A DNA stretch of 64,000 bases from an uncultured Mycoplasmatota bacterium (GTDB lineage: Bacteria; Bacillota_I; Bacilli_A; RF39; UBA660), in assembly GCA_900543825.1 (NCBI GenBank), contig UQSR01000003.1:67315-131314 (forward strand), read 5' to 3'. Position 1 is the first letter of the stretch; every line of letters begins with the position of its first letter. Positions 18,454-28,889 of the stretch are shown in pieces. Made by a program: the position numbers and the translations under genes. Under the pieces are notes generated by a model. The model had not been told where the DNA came from. It was given only the letters and a program-made list of their open reading frames with translations, and searched no databases.

Positions 18454-19225
18454 TACGATATATATCCTTCATAAGTTCTTTAATATCAAAAGTATATTCC
18501 AAATTAGCATTATATTTTTTATTAGCATTACTTATAAACTCAGTAATTCTAGGTATACAAACATTAGCATTTTTAAATTTACCAATATTATCCGATAAAT
18601 TTCTCCTATTACCAGATAACACAATCTTACCATTCTTAAGTAACACATAATTATCCGTAACTCTTACCAAAAATTGAGTATTAGAAGAAAAAATAATAAT
18701 CGTCTTTTTATATCTATTACACAATTTCTTAAGTAATTTAATCAAATGATCACATCTATAATTATCCAAGCTAATACTAGGATCATCAATTATAATAACC
18801 TTAGGATTAAGAATAAGTATTGTAGCCAAAGCTAAAGCTTCTTTCTCTCCACTAGAAAGAGTAAAAGGATTTCTATCCAAATAAAATTTTGGAAGTCCAA
18901 CCATCTTAAGAGCCTCTTCCATTCTTTTATCTATTTCATCAACTCTATAATTATATTTTCTAATACCAAAAGCCAATTCTTCTTTTACAGTCTCAAATAT
19001 AAAAGCTTCCTCAGGTCTCTGGAAAATATATCCAATTTCTCTGTTTTTATAAGTACTAATAATATTACCTGTATAATCATCTATAATACCACTAAGAATA
19101 TAACTAAGTAGCGTCTTCCCACTACTAGAAGAACCAATAACAGTAGTAATCTTACCATCCTCAAACTCATAACTAATATTCTTAATTTTATCTTGATATG
19201 AAACATTTTCTAACCTTATCCCCAT
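18443..19225 (-). CDS. ecfA2: ECF transporter ATPase A2
   Basis: ABC ATPase with Walker A GSSSSGKT and the LSSGEKEALALA signature. Confidence 0.8.
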   Translation of the reverse strand: MGIRLENVSYQDKIKNISYEFEDGKITTVIGSSSSGKTLLSYILSGIIDDYTGNIISTYKNREIGYIFQRPEEAFIFETVKEELAFGIRKYNYRVDEIDKRMEEALKMVGLPKFYLDRNPFTLSSGEKEALALATILILNPKVIIIDDPSISLDNYRCDHLIKLLKKLCNRYKKTIIIFSSNTQFLVRVTDNYVLLKNGKIVLSGNRRNLSDNIGKFKNANVCIPRITEFISNANKKYNANLEYTFDIKELMKDIYRNVK

Positions 19226-20025
19226 AACTTTTTCATAACCTCCACATCATCAAAATAAACCTTATCCAATACATCATATAACATAAGATTATGTGACAAT
19301 TTAACTATAAAAGGAAGATTAAAACCCATTTTTTCCAATGTATCATCTTTATATATTTCTTCACATGTACCATCCAAAACAATATTTCCCTTATCAAGAA
19401 CAATTATCCTATCAGCCTTCAAAGTATCCTCTAAATCATGTGTAATAAGAATAATAGTAAGTTTTTCTTTTCTTTTATATTCATCAAGAATCTTAAATAC
19501 AAGTTTTTTATCATTAGGAGTAAGTTTATGAATAGACTCATCAAGTAAAAGAATTTTCGGATTAAAAATAAGACTACTAGCAATCATAACCTTCTCTTTT
19601 TCAGAATCATTAATCTTTTCAGCAGGCATATCAAGTATATCATCTATCTTAAATTTCTTAGCTATATTATTAACCATATTTTCAATTTCTTTAGGAAAAT
19701 ATCCCAAATTTTCCAACGAAAAAGCAAGGTCATCAAAAACAGTATCCCCAATAAAATGCCTATCAGCATCATCAAAGCAAATAGCTAAACTTCTTCTAAT
19801 CTTTTTAATATAAGTATCATTAAGTAAATAACCATCAACATTAATATATCCAGAAGCTTTACACAAGCCCCCCAATATCTTAACAAGAGTACTCTTTCCA
19901 GAAGCATTTCTTCCAATTATACAGACAAAAGAATTAGTATCAATATCAATATCAAAATCTTTAAATATATATTTATCAGCATACTTAAATGACATACTTC
20001 TAACCTTAATAATACTCTTATCCAT
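19216..20025 (-). CDS. ecfA1: ECF transporter ATPase A1
   Basis: ABC ATPase with Walker A GRNASGKST and Walker B LLLDES. Confidence 0.8.
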   Translation of the reverse strand: MDKSIIKVRSMSFKYADKYIFKDFDIDIDTNSFVCIIGRNASGKSTLVKILGGLCKASGYINVDGYLLNDTYIKKIRRSLAICFDDADRHFIGDTVFDDLAFSLENLGYFPKEIENMVNNIAKKFKIDDILDMPAEKINDSEKEKVMIASSLIFNPKILLLDESIHKLTPNDKKLVFKILDEYKRKEKLTIILITHDLEDTLKADRIIVLDKGNIVLDGTCEEIYKDDTLEKMGFNLPFIVKLSHNLMLYDVLDKVYFDDVEVMKKLWG

Positions 20026-20104
20026 CTACTACATCTCCACACATATATTATATATTAAATAATATAAAAGGGCAAGAAAAAAAGAAGTAAAATACCTAAG
20101 CAAA

Positions 20105-20608
20105 TTACTTCTTAAGAACTTTTTTATATATTTTTCTAACATTTTTATAAGAATAATCATCTAAAGTATTAACATTAAGTTCAGAATCATCACCAAGACT
20201 ATCATTCATAGCCAAAAACAAATTAGATTTTTTAATATCTTCCATTATTTTAATAGATTCTTTTGCTCTCATCATTCCCCAAGTTCCCATAATAACTGAA
20301 GGAATAGTAATATAAAAAGGTACATTACCATCATGCTTAACAAGACAAGCCATATATAAACCATACAAAGATGTAAAAGATACACAATCAAAATAACACT
20401 TTCTAGCTAAAAATTCAAAGTCAACAACTTCATTTCTTTCTTGCAATTGTTTTAACATCTTATCCTGTAATACCCTTTCATAATTACCACTAGAATCAAT
20501 AACATCTAGTGCAGACCCATCTAAATATTTAATAAATAAATGACTTCCATATCTCTTATAAGTTTCTACAACAAGTCCTAATTCTTCATCACCAACATAA
20601 AATTTCAT
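20105..20608 (-). CDS. Hypothetical protein (167 aa)
   Basis: Clean ORF, no recognisable family. Confidence 0.35.
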   Translation of the reverse strand: MKFYVGDEELGLVVETYKRYGSHLFIKYLDGSALDVIDSSGNYERVLQDKMLKQLQERNEVVDFEFLARKCYFDCVSFTSLYGLYMACLVKHDGNVPFYITIPSVIMGTWGMMRAKESIKIMEDIKKSNLFLAMNDSLGDDSELNVNTLDDYSYKNVRKIYKKVLKK

Positions 20609-20724
20609 AATATCCCCCCAAAAAAATTTCTAATATTATATCATAAAATAAAATATATGTAAAATAATATTTAAAAACTTGATAAAAAACAATATTATGA
20701 TAAAATATATTTAGGAGGTACACT

Positions 20725-21672
20725 ATGGCAAAAACAATTACAAAAGTAATACGTGTAGATAACGAAACAAAAAAACTAATGAATAATTTTTATGAACCAA
20801 TGAAAAGAGAAAAAACACCACCATACGCCATCTTTCAAGCAGATACAGGAGATACAATAGTAACTTTATACGAATCAGGAAAAGCTATGTTCCAAGGTGT
20901 ATCAGCAGATATAGAATCAAGTATGTGGGAAAACATAAAAAATAATAAAGAAGACATTGAATACTTTACTGATGACATACCAAAGAAAGAAATAAAAAAG
21001 GAAGAAATAAATTTACCTCTTGATATATCTTCAGTAGGATCTGATGAAGTAGGAACAGGAGATTACTATGGACCAATAGTAGTAACAGCATCCTTTGTAA
21101 GCAAAGATAACATACCATTCTTAACCGAACTAGGAGTAAAAGATTCCAAGAAACTATCCGATGAACAAATACTAAAAATAGTACCAAAGATAATAAAAAA
21201 AATACCATATAAAACAATAATGTTATCAAACAATGAATATAACGAAAAATATGGCAAAGATATGAACATGAATAAAATAAAAGCCATTCTTCATAATAAA
21301 GCATTATCCGAAATGATAAAAGATAACAATTATGATTATATAGTAGTAGATCAGTTTGAACCAGAAAAAAGTTATTATAACCATCTAAGCGATGTTCCTA
21401 ACCCATTAAAAGGAATAACTTTTATAACCAAAGCCGAAGATAAATGTCTATCTGTTGCCGTATCCTCATTAATAAGCAGATATATCTTTATCAAAGAAAT
21501 AGATAAATTAGGAGATAAATATGGAATATTTCTTCCTAAAGGAGCCAATTATTATGTTGAAGATGTTGGTATAAAACTAGTAGAAAAATATGGTAAAGAT
21601 GTTCTAAAAAATATAGCCAAATTAAACTTTTCTAATACCGAAAGAATCTTAAAAGAAATAGAAAAAAAATAG
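20725..21672 (+). CDS. rnhC: Ribonuclease HIII
   Basis: N-terminal DUF3378-like domain plus an RNase HII-type core (DEVGTGDYYGPIVV…DSK…). The 315-aa size is typical of RnhC. Confidence 0.8.
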   Translation: MAKTITKVIRVDNETKKLMNNFYEPMKREKTPPYAIFQADTGDTIVTLYESGKAMFQGVSADIESSMWENIKNNKEDIEYFTDDIPKKEIKKEEINLPLDISSVGSDEVGTGDYYGPIVVTASFVSKDNIPFLTELGVKDSKKLSDEQILKIVPKIIKKIPYKTIMLSNNEYNEKYGKDMNMNKIKAILHNKALSEMIKDNNYDYIVVDQFEPEKSYYNHLSDVPNPLKGITFITKAEDKCLSVAVSSLISRYIFIKEIDKLGDKYGIFLPKGANYYVEDVGIKLVEKYGKDVLKNIAKLNFSNTERILKEIEKK

Positions 21673-21686
21673 CCACCGCTATTTTT

Positions 21687-24038
21687 TTATTTACTAACTT
21701 TTTCAAATTGAGAATTATATAAATTAGCATAAAAACCATTCTTTTTCATTAAAGTATTATGATTACCTTGTTCAATAATATTACCATCTTTCATAACAAG
21801 AATTAAATCAGCATTCTTAATTGTTGATAACCTATGAGCAATAATAAATGATGTACGATTTTCCATAAGTTTATCCATTGCTTTCTGAACCAATTCTTCA
21901 GTTCTCGTATCTACGTTACTAGTAGCTTCATCAAGTATTAAGAATGGACTATCACTAATCATACCTCTAGCAATAGTAAGAAGCTGTCTTTGACCAGAAG
22001 ATACCGAATCATTATCAGATATAACACTATCATAACCATCAGGTAAAGTCTTAATAAAATGATCAACGCCAACAATCTTACATACTTCCTCTACCTTTTT
22101 ATCACTTACATGCTTCTGATTATAAATAATATTCTCTTTAACAGTACCATTAAACAACCAAGTATCTTGAAGAACCATAGTAAACAAATCATGAACATTA
22201 CTTCTCTTTATATCACGAATAGAAGTACCATCAATAAGTATATCACCATCATTAATATCATAAAATTTCATAAGCAAATTAACCATTGTCGTTTTACCTG
22301 CTCCAGTAGGACCAACAATAGCAACCTTTTGACCAGCTTTAACCTTTGCTGTAAAATCATTTATAATAACCTTATCATCATCATAACCAAATTTAACATT
22401 TTTAAATTCAATATTACCCTTAACTTTATTTTTATCTAACTTCTTAGTAATATTATCTTCACTACTCATTTCTTCATCTTCAAGTAAACCAAATATTCTT
22501 TCACTAGCTGCAGCGGTAGTTTGAAGCGAAGTCATAGCTTGAGCTATTTGTGATAAAGGATTAGTAAACAATCTAACATACATAATAAATGCCACTATTG
22601 TACCAAAAGATATCATATCCTTACTTACAAGTAATGCCCCTACTACACATACAGCAACATAACTAAAGTTACCAATAAAGCTCATAATAGGTTGCATAAG
22701 TCCAGATAAAAATTGACTTTTCCTATTACAATCATATAATTTATCATTTAACTTATCAAACTCCAAAGTAGTTTCTTCCTTAGCATTACAAGTTTTAACA
22801 ACATTAAGGCCACTATAAATTTCCTCTATATATCCATTCAAATTACCAAGCTCAGTTTGTCTTCTAGTAAAATATTTCTGAGATTTACCAAGTATAATAA
22901 ACATAAGAACAAAACCAATTAAACTAGATACAATAGCCGTAATAGCCATAATATAATTAGTAACAAACATCATAATAATAGAACCAATAAACAAAGTACT
23001 AGCAGAAACCAAAGTAGATAAACTATTATTAAGTGACTGAGCAATAGTATCTACATCATTAGTAACCCTAGATAAAATATCTCCAGATAAATTATGATCA
23101 AAAAACTTAAGTGGTAATCTATTTATCTTTTCTGATATACTAGTTCTAAGTCTTTTAGCATAACCATTAGCCACTTTAATCATAGATAAACCTTCAATAT
23201 AACTAAATATTGCACTAATAATATATAAACAAGCAAGTAAAATAGCAATATCTTTAATTTTATCCATATTCATCTTAGGACCAATAACCTTTTGAATACT
23301 ACTAGGAACATTCTCCATAACCTTATACATCTCATTAACCGAAGATGTATCACTACCAGCCATTTTAACAATAAAATCTATCTTATCATCAGTACTAATT
23401 TCCACTCCATCTATATTAGTACTAGGAAACAAAGCCATCTTAATACTATCTGGTAATTTATTAATACCAGCATAATTCTTATTATTAACATCAATATCAT
23501 GAAAAGCCAAAATAGCATTAATTTTATCATCTTTACTAATATAAATATCATTATAAGTACTATCAGAAACAATAATATCAAGTACACTACTAGGAAGCTT
23601 ACTAAAATACATAATAGCATTATCCCTATCATCACTAATTTTCTTAATAGTATCATTAAATAAATACTTATCATCATTACTAATATTAGAAGTATTAACT
23701 CTATAAATAGTATTCTCATCTAAATTAATACCCAAAATACTACCAATTTCACTAACATTAGAAGTAAGATCATTTTCTAATTCTTTCATATTAGTAGTAT
23801 TAATCGTAATACCACGAGATATCTCATCAGTCAAATCAGATAACTTATTAGGAGCCACTAAAGACAGTATAGAAGACAAAGCAGCAAGTATAATAGCTAC
23901 AAATATAAGTATCTTAAAACTACTCAAACTCTTCATAAGTTTCTTTATAGAAAGAACAAAGTTTTCTGGTTTTTCATTTATTCTCATAGGGCCATGACCT
24001 CTAGAAGAATTATTTCTATTTTTATCATTACTAGACAT
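21687..24038 (-). CDS. ABC exporter permease/ATPase fusion protein, probably heterodimeric with the next gene, carrying a roughly 200-aa extracytoplasmic insertion
   Basis: Six TM helices plus an NBD (GPTGAGKTT, LSGGQRQ-like VSSGQRQLLTIAR, ILDEATS). Confidence 0.85.
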   Translation of the reverse strand: MSSNDKNRNNSSRGHGPMRINEKPENFVLSIKKLMKSLSSFKILIFVAIILAALSSILSLVAPNKLSDLTDEISRGITINTTNMKELENDLTSNVSEIGSILGINLDENTIYRVNTSNISNDDKYLFNDTIKKISDDRDNAIMYFSKLPSSVLDIIVSDSTYNDIYISKDDKINAILAFHDIDVNNKNYAGINKLPDSIKMALFPSTNIDGVEISTDDKIDFIVKMAGSDTSSVNEMYKVMENVPSSIQKVIGPKMNMDKIKDIAILLACLYIISAIFSYIEGLSMIKVANGYAKRLRTSISEKINRLPLKFFDHNLSGDILSRVTNDVDTIAQSLNNSLSTLVSASTLFIGSIIMMFVTNYIMAITAIVSSLIGFVLMFIILGKSQKYFTRRQTELGNLNGYIEEIYSGLNVVKTCNAKEETTLEFDKLNDKLYDCNRKSQFLSGLMQPIMSFIGNFSYVAVCVVGALLVSKDMISFGTIVAFIMYVRLFTNPLSQIAQAMTSLQTTAAASERIFGLLEDEEMSSEDNITKKLDKNKVKGNIEFKNVKFGYDDDKVIINDFTAKVKAGQKVAIVGPTGAGKTTMVNLLMKFYDINDGDILIDGTSIRDIKRSNVHDLFTMVLQDTWLFNGTVKENIIYNQKHVSDKKVEEVCKIVGVDHFIKTLPDGYDSVISDNDSVSSGQRQLLTIARGMISDSPFLILDEATSNVDTRTEELVQKAMDKLMENRTSFIIAHRLSTIKNADLILVMKDGNIIEQGNHNTLMKKNGFYANLYNSQFEKVSK

Positions 24039-25794
24039 TTTCTAATTCCTCCTTTGACACCTGTGATAAAGCAATTTCTTTATAAACTTTACATTTTTTC
24101 ATAAGTTCATTATGTGTTCCAACACCAACACATTTACCATTATCAAGTACAACAATCTTATCAGCATTAAGTATTGTACCAATTCTTTGAGCCACTATCA
24201 TAACCGTAGCATCTTTAGTATATTCTCTAAGTTCACGTCTTAAAGTACTATCTGTCTTATAGTCAAGAGCACTAAAAGAATCATCAAATATATATATTTC
24301 CGGATTCCTAGCAATAGTTCTTGCAATAGATAACCTTTGCTTTTGTCCACCACTAATATTAGTACCTCCTTGAGCTATATGCGATTTTTCCCCATCTTCT
24401 AATTTAGATACAAACTCACTAGCTTGTGATACTCTAAGTGCATCAGCAATTTTTTTATTGGAAGGTTTACCATCAATATTATTACCAAAAGAAACATTAG
24501 ATAAAATATCTCCTGAAAACAAAGTAGCCTTCTGTGGTACATAACCAATAATATTATTCAAATATTCAAAACTATAATCACGTACATCAATACCATTAAT
24601 AAGTATCTCCCCACTAGTAGCATCATAAAATCTAGGTATCAAATTAATAAGCGTACTCTTACCACTACCAGTAGAACCAATAAAGGCAATAGTCTCACCT
24701 TTATTAACCTTAAATGATATATCTTCAAGTACATATTCATCAGCATCAGGATACTTAAATGAAACATTCTTAAATTCAACACAGCCTTTAATATCACTAT
24801 TATTCATAGTAACATTTCCCTCTTTAACACTAATAGGAGTATCAAGTACTTCATTAATCCTTTTAGCAGATACACTAGCTCTCGGCAACATCATAAAGAT
24901 CATAGCAAGCATTAAGAATGACATAATAACTTGCATAGCATATGAAGAAAAGACAATCATATTACCAAACAAAACAATCTTATCTCCCATATTAGCTTCA
25001 TTAATAAGCATAGCCCCTATAAAGTATATACCCAAAGTCAAAAAGTACATAACCAAATACATAACAGGACTCAAAAAGTTAAAAGCCTTTTGATTAAATA
25101 CTTGCTGATTAGTAAGCGTATTGTTAACATTTTCAAACTTATCTTCTTGATATTTTTCAGCATTAAATGCTCTAACGACCCTAATACCAGATAAATTCTC
25201 TCTCATAACCATATTAATCTTATCCATAAGTTCCTGTACTATTTTAAACTTAGGCATAACAATCATCATAATAATTCCAATAGTAATAAGCAAAACCAAA
25301 ACAGCAACACCAGTAAGTATACTCCACTCTATATTCTTATTAAGAATCTTAGTAACAGCCCAAACAGCAGTAATAGGAGCCTTAATCATTAAAGTAAGTC
25401 CCATTGCAATAAGAAACTCAATCTGTGTAATATCATTAGTAGTCCTAGTAATAAGACTACTAGGAGAAAACTTCTTAACCTCAAATGTACTAATATCTTC
25501 TACCTTTCTAAATAACTTACCTCTAGTACGATAAGAGAAAGAAGCCGCTATCGTAGAAGTAAAATACCCAACAATAAAAGCAGATACCAAACTACCAAAA
25601 GCACACAAAAGCATATAACTGCCTTCTCTTAATATATCATTAATTGAAGCCCCACGAGTTTGTACAAGTTGTGTAATATTTGACATATAATCAGGCATTT
25701 TAAGTTCTAACCATACCTGAAAAACAATAAGTCCAGCAGATATAAATACATATATATAATCTCTTTTATTTAAATTCTTAAGTAATTTTAACAT
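24031..25794 (-). CDS. ABC exporter permease/ATPase fusion protein (partner of 21687..24038)
   Basis: Six TM helices plus an NBD (GSTGSGKST, ISGGQKQRLSIAR, IFDDSFSALD). GGAGG RBS before the ATG at 25794. Confidence 0.85.
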   Translation of the reverse strand: MLKLLKNLNKRDYIYVFISAGLIVFQVWLELKMPDYMSNITQLVQTRGASINDILREGSYMLLCAFGSLVSAFIVGYFTSTIAASFSYRTRGKLFRKVEDISTFEVKKFSPSSLITRTTNDITQIEFLIAMGLTLMIKAPITAVWAVTKILNKNIEWSILTGVAVLVLLITIGIIMMIVMPKFKIVQELMDKINMVMRENLSGIRVVRAFNAEKYQEDKFENVNNTLTNQQVFNQKAFNFLSPVMYLVMYFLTLGIYFIGAMLINEANMGDKIVLFGNMIVFSSYAMQVIMSFLMLAMIFMMLPRASVSAKRINEVLDTPISVKEGNVTMNNSDIKGCVEFKNVSFKYPDADEYVLEDISFKVNKGETIAFIGSTGSGKSTLINLIPRFYDATSGEILINGIDVRDYSFEYLNNIIGYVPQKATLFSGDILSNVSFGNNIDGKPSNKKIADALRVSQASEFVSKLEDGEKSHIAQGGTNISGGQKQRLSIARTIARNPEIYIFDDSFSALDYKTDSTLRRELREYTKDATVMIVAQRIGTILNADKIVVLDNGKCVGVGTHNELMKKCKVYKEIALSQVSKEELENV

Positions 25795-25840
25795 ATAAAC
25801 CTCCATCTATATACTATGATAAAAATATACAATCGTTAAA

Positions 25841-25869
25841 ATTATAACATTCCCATATATCAATGTCAA
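25841..25869 (-). promoter_or_regulatory. Sigma-A promoter (TTGACA-17-TGtTATAAT) for the ABC exporter pair
   Basis: Perfect consensus hexamers with a 17-nt spacer, read on the minus strand about 45 nt upstream of the start codon. Confidence 0.45.
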
Positions 25870-25904
25870 TTAAAAAACATAATTTCCCACAAAAGAAAAA
25901 GTAG

Positions 25905-27176
25905 TTAAACTACCCTTCCATATACATTAAGACCATCTACTTTTTCAATCTTAACATTAACAATACTATTATTTTCTATATTATCATTATCATCTATAAT
26001 AACCGGTATAAAATTAGAAGTATGAACCACTACTAAACCATTATTATGTCTTTCAACTACCCCATCATATACCTTACCAATTTTACTCTTATAATATTCA
26101 TTTTCATATTCATTAGATAATTCAATAACCTCATGAACTCTTTTTTTCTTAATATCTCCTGAAATATGACCATCCATCTTATCCGCTACAGTACCACGCC
26201 TTCTAGAATAAGGAAAAGTATGAATCTTAGTAAAGTGAATCTTCTTCAAAGTATCCATAGTCTCTTCAAAATCATCATCTGTTTCATTAGGAAAACCAAC
26301 AATCAAATCAGTAGTTAAAGAAATATCCTCTATTTCCCTAAGTTTATCAATCATCTTCATAAACTCTTCTTTATTATATCTTCTATTCATAAGTTTAAGT
26401 ATCTTATTACTACCAGATTGAAGTGGTACATGTAAATGTCTAGCCATAATTTTATTATTCTTATAAAGGTCTATAATTTCAGGAGTAACCTCATTAATTT
26501 CAATAGAAGATAATCTAATACGATAAATATTAGGTATTTTAACAAGTTCACATAAAAGTTCATAGAGACTACTATTAATATCAATACCATATCTTCCAGT
26601 ATGAATACCAGTAAGAACAATCTCTTTGTAGCCGTCTTTTACAAGTCTGCTTACCTCTTCTATAACATCTTCTTTATTCTTACTCCTAACTCTACCTCTA
26701 GTATAAGGAATAATACAATAAGAACAAAAAGCATTACAACCATCTTGTATTTTAACAAAAGCCCTAGTATGATTATCAAAATGACTAATTTCCATTTTCT
26801 CAAATTCTACACTACTTAAATCATATATAATCTTCTTACTTTCCCTATCTCTAATAAAATCATTCAAAATCTCCACTATCTTTGATTTATCCTTATTACC
26901 AAGAATAATATCAGCTTCTATATCATCACTGCTAACCTGACTATAACATCCCATAACAACAATAATAGCTTCACTATTATTCTTTTTAGCCCTATTAATC
27001 ATCTTTCTTGACTTCTTATCACTCTCATTAGTAACAGAACAAGTATTAATAATATAAATATCCGCTTTATCTTCAAAAGGAACTATTTCATATCCACCCT
27101 TTTTAAGTAAATCAGTTACAACTTCAGATTCATAAATATTAACCTTACATCCCAAACTACATATTCCAACTTTCAT
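25905..27176 (-). CDS. mtaB: Radical-SAM methylthiotransferase, MtaB-like (tRNA t6A37 methylthiotransferase)
   Basis: UPF0004 N-domain Cys triad. Radical SAM CNAFCSYCIIP motif. C-terminal TRAM domain. 423 aa. Confidence 0.75.
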   Translation of the reverse strand: MKVGICSLGCKVNIYESEVVTDLLKKGGYEIVPFEDKADIYIINTCSVTNESDKKSRKMINRAKKNNSEAIIVVMGCYSQVSSDDIEADIILGNKDKSKIVEILNDFIRDRESKKIIYDLSSVEFEKMEISHFDNHTRAFVKIQDGCNAFCSYCIIPYTRGRVRSKNKEDVIEEVSRLVKDGYKEIVLTGIHTGRYGIDINSSLYELLCELVKIPNIYRIRLSSIEINEVTPEIIDLYKNNKIMARHLHVPLQSGSNKILKLMNRRYNKEEFMKMIDKLREIEDISLTTDLIVGFPNETDDDFEETMDTLKKIHFTKIHTFPYSRRRGTVADKMDGHISGDIKKKRVHEVIELSNEYENEYYKSKIGKVYDGVVERHNNGLVVVHTSNFIPVIIDDNDNIENNSIVNVKIEKVDGLNVYGRVV

Positions 27177-27235
27177 CTCATTTCCTTCTTTCTCTAGTAT
27201 TCTATCACAATATCCAAAATAAAGAAAGAATATTA

Positions 27236-28888
27236 TTAAAATATTCCCTCTATTATTCCATCCTTAATATCAATTCTCTCAGAATTAGGATTCTTAGGAA
27301 GACCAGGCATAGTCATTATCTTACCAGTCAAAACCACTATAAACTCTGCTCCTGCTTTTAATATAACCTCTTTAACATGAATATCATATTCATTATCACC
27401 AGTCAAATTATTAGGATCATCTGATAAAGAATACTGTGTCTTAGCAATACATATAGGCAAATTACCATGACCATTATCTTCCAAATTCTTAATTTCTTCT
27501 AATGCTTTATTATCATAAATAACATCAGAAGCCCCATATATCTTATTAGCAACCTTAAATATCTTAGTTTTAATATCATCATTAATATCATAAGAATAAC
27601 TAAAATTATTCTTCTTATTAGCTTCTGCCATAACCTTTTCAGCAAGAAGAAGAGAACCATCACTACCATCCTTAAATCCAGTAGTAAGAGCATAACTAAC
27701 ATTCTTCTCATCTAATTTCTTAGATAAATAACTAATTTCCTTATCCGTATCACTATCAAATCTATTAATAGCCACTACTACATTAAGTCCATAAACATTA
27801 CGAAGATTATCTATATGTTTATATAAATTCTTCATACCAATATCCAAGTAATGAATATCTTCTTTAGTAATATCATTCTTATCCATACCACCATGATACT
27901 TTAAAGATCTAATAGTAGCAACAAGGACCACTGCATCAGGATTTAAATCATTCATTCTACACTTAATATCTAAGAACTTCTCTGCTCCTAAATCAGCACC
28001 AAATCCTGCCTCAGTAACAGTATAATCACCAAGTTTCATAGCCGTATTAGTAGCAATAACACTATTACATCCATGAGCAATATTAGCAAAAGGACCACCA
28101 TGTATAATAGCAGGATTACCTTCAAGAGTTTGTACCAAGTTAGGTAAAATAGCATCATGAAGAAGTACTGCCATAGCTCCTTCTGCTTTTAAATCTTTCG
28201 CCGTTACTTCCTTACCATCTTTATTATAACCAATAACAATATTACCAAGCCTTCTCTTCAAATCATCAATATTCCTGCTCAAACATAAAATAGCCATAAT
28301 CTCACTAGCAGCAGTAATATCAAATCCATCAACCCTAGGAACAATCCTACTTTCACCAGATAAACCAGTATTAATAACCCTAAGTTGTCTATCATTCAAA
28401 TCCAAACATCTCTTAAAAGTAACCTTATCAATACCAAGTTCATTACCAAAATAAATATGATTATCAATAAGAGAACATAATAAATTATTAGCACTAGTAA
28501 TAGCATGAAAATCACCATTAAAATGAAGATTAATATCCTCCATAGGAATAACTTGAGCATATCCTCCTCCAGCAGCTCCCCCTTTAATACCAAATACCGG
28601 ACCTAAAGAAGGTTCACGAAGAGCAAGAATACTCTTTTTACCAAGTTTATTAAGAGCATCGGATAAAGATATTGATACCGTAGTTTTTCCTTCCCCCATT
28701 GGAGTAGGATTAATCGCAGTAACCAAAATAAGCTTACTCTTTCTATCCTTATCACAAATATCATCTATAGATATCTTAGCCTTATATTTACCATAAGGTA
28801 TAATATAATCACAAATACCAATCTTTTTAGCAACATCCATAATGTTCATAGGATTAACACTTCTAGCTATCTCAATATCACTTTTCAT
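27236..28888 (-). CDS. fhs: Formate--tetrahydrofolate ligase
   Basis: FTHFS family signatures (…TPMGEGKTT…, about 550 aa). GGAGG RBS before MKSDIEIARS. Confidence 0.9.
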   Translation of the reverse strand: MKSDIEIARSVNPMNIMDVAKKIGICDYIIPYGKYKAKISIDDICDKDRKSKLILVTAINPTPMGEGKTTVSISLSDALNKLGKKSILALREPSLGPVFGIKGGAAGGGYAQVIPMEDINLHFNGDFHAITSANNLLCSLIDNHIYFGNELGIDKVTFKRCLDLNDRQLRVINTGLSGESRIVPRVDGFDITAASEIMAILCLSRNIDDLKRRLGNIVIGYNKDGKEVTAKDLKAEGAMAVLLHDAILPNLVQTLEGNPAIIHGGPFANIAHGCNSVIATNTAMKLGDYTVTEAGFGADLGAEKFLDIKCRMNDLNPDAVVLVATIRSLKYHGGMDKNDITKEDIHYLDIGMKNLYKHIDNLRNVYGLNVVVAINRFDSDTDKEISYLSKKLDEKNVSYALTTGFKDGSDGSLLLAEKVMAEANKKNNFSYSYDINDDIKTKIFKVANKIYGASDVIYDNKALEEIKNLEDNGHGNLPICIAKTQYSLSDDPNNLTGDNEYDIHVKEVILKAGAEFIVVLTGKIMTMPGLPKNPNSERIDIKDGIIEGIF

Positions 28889-28889
28889 A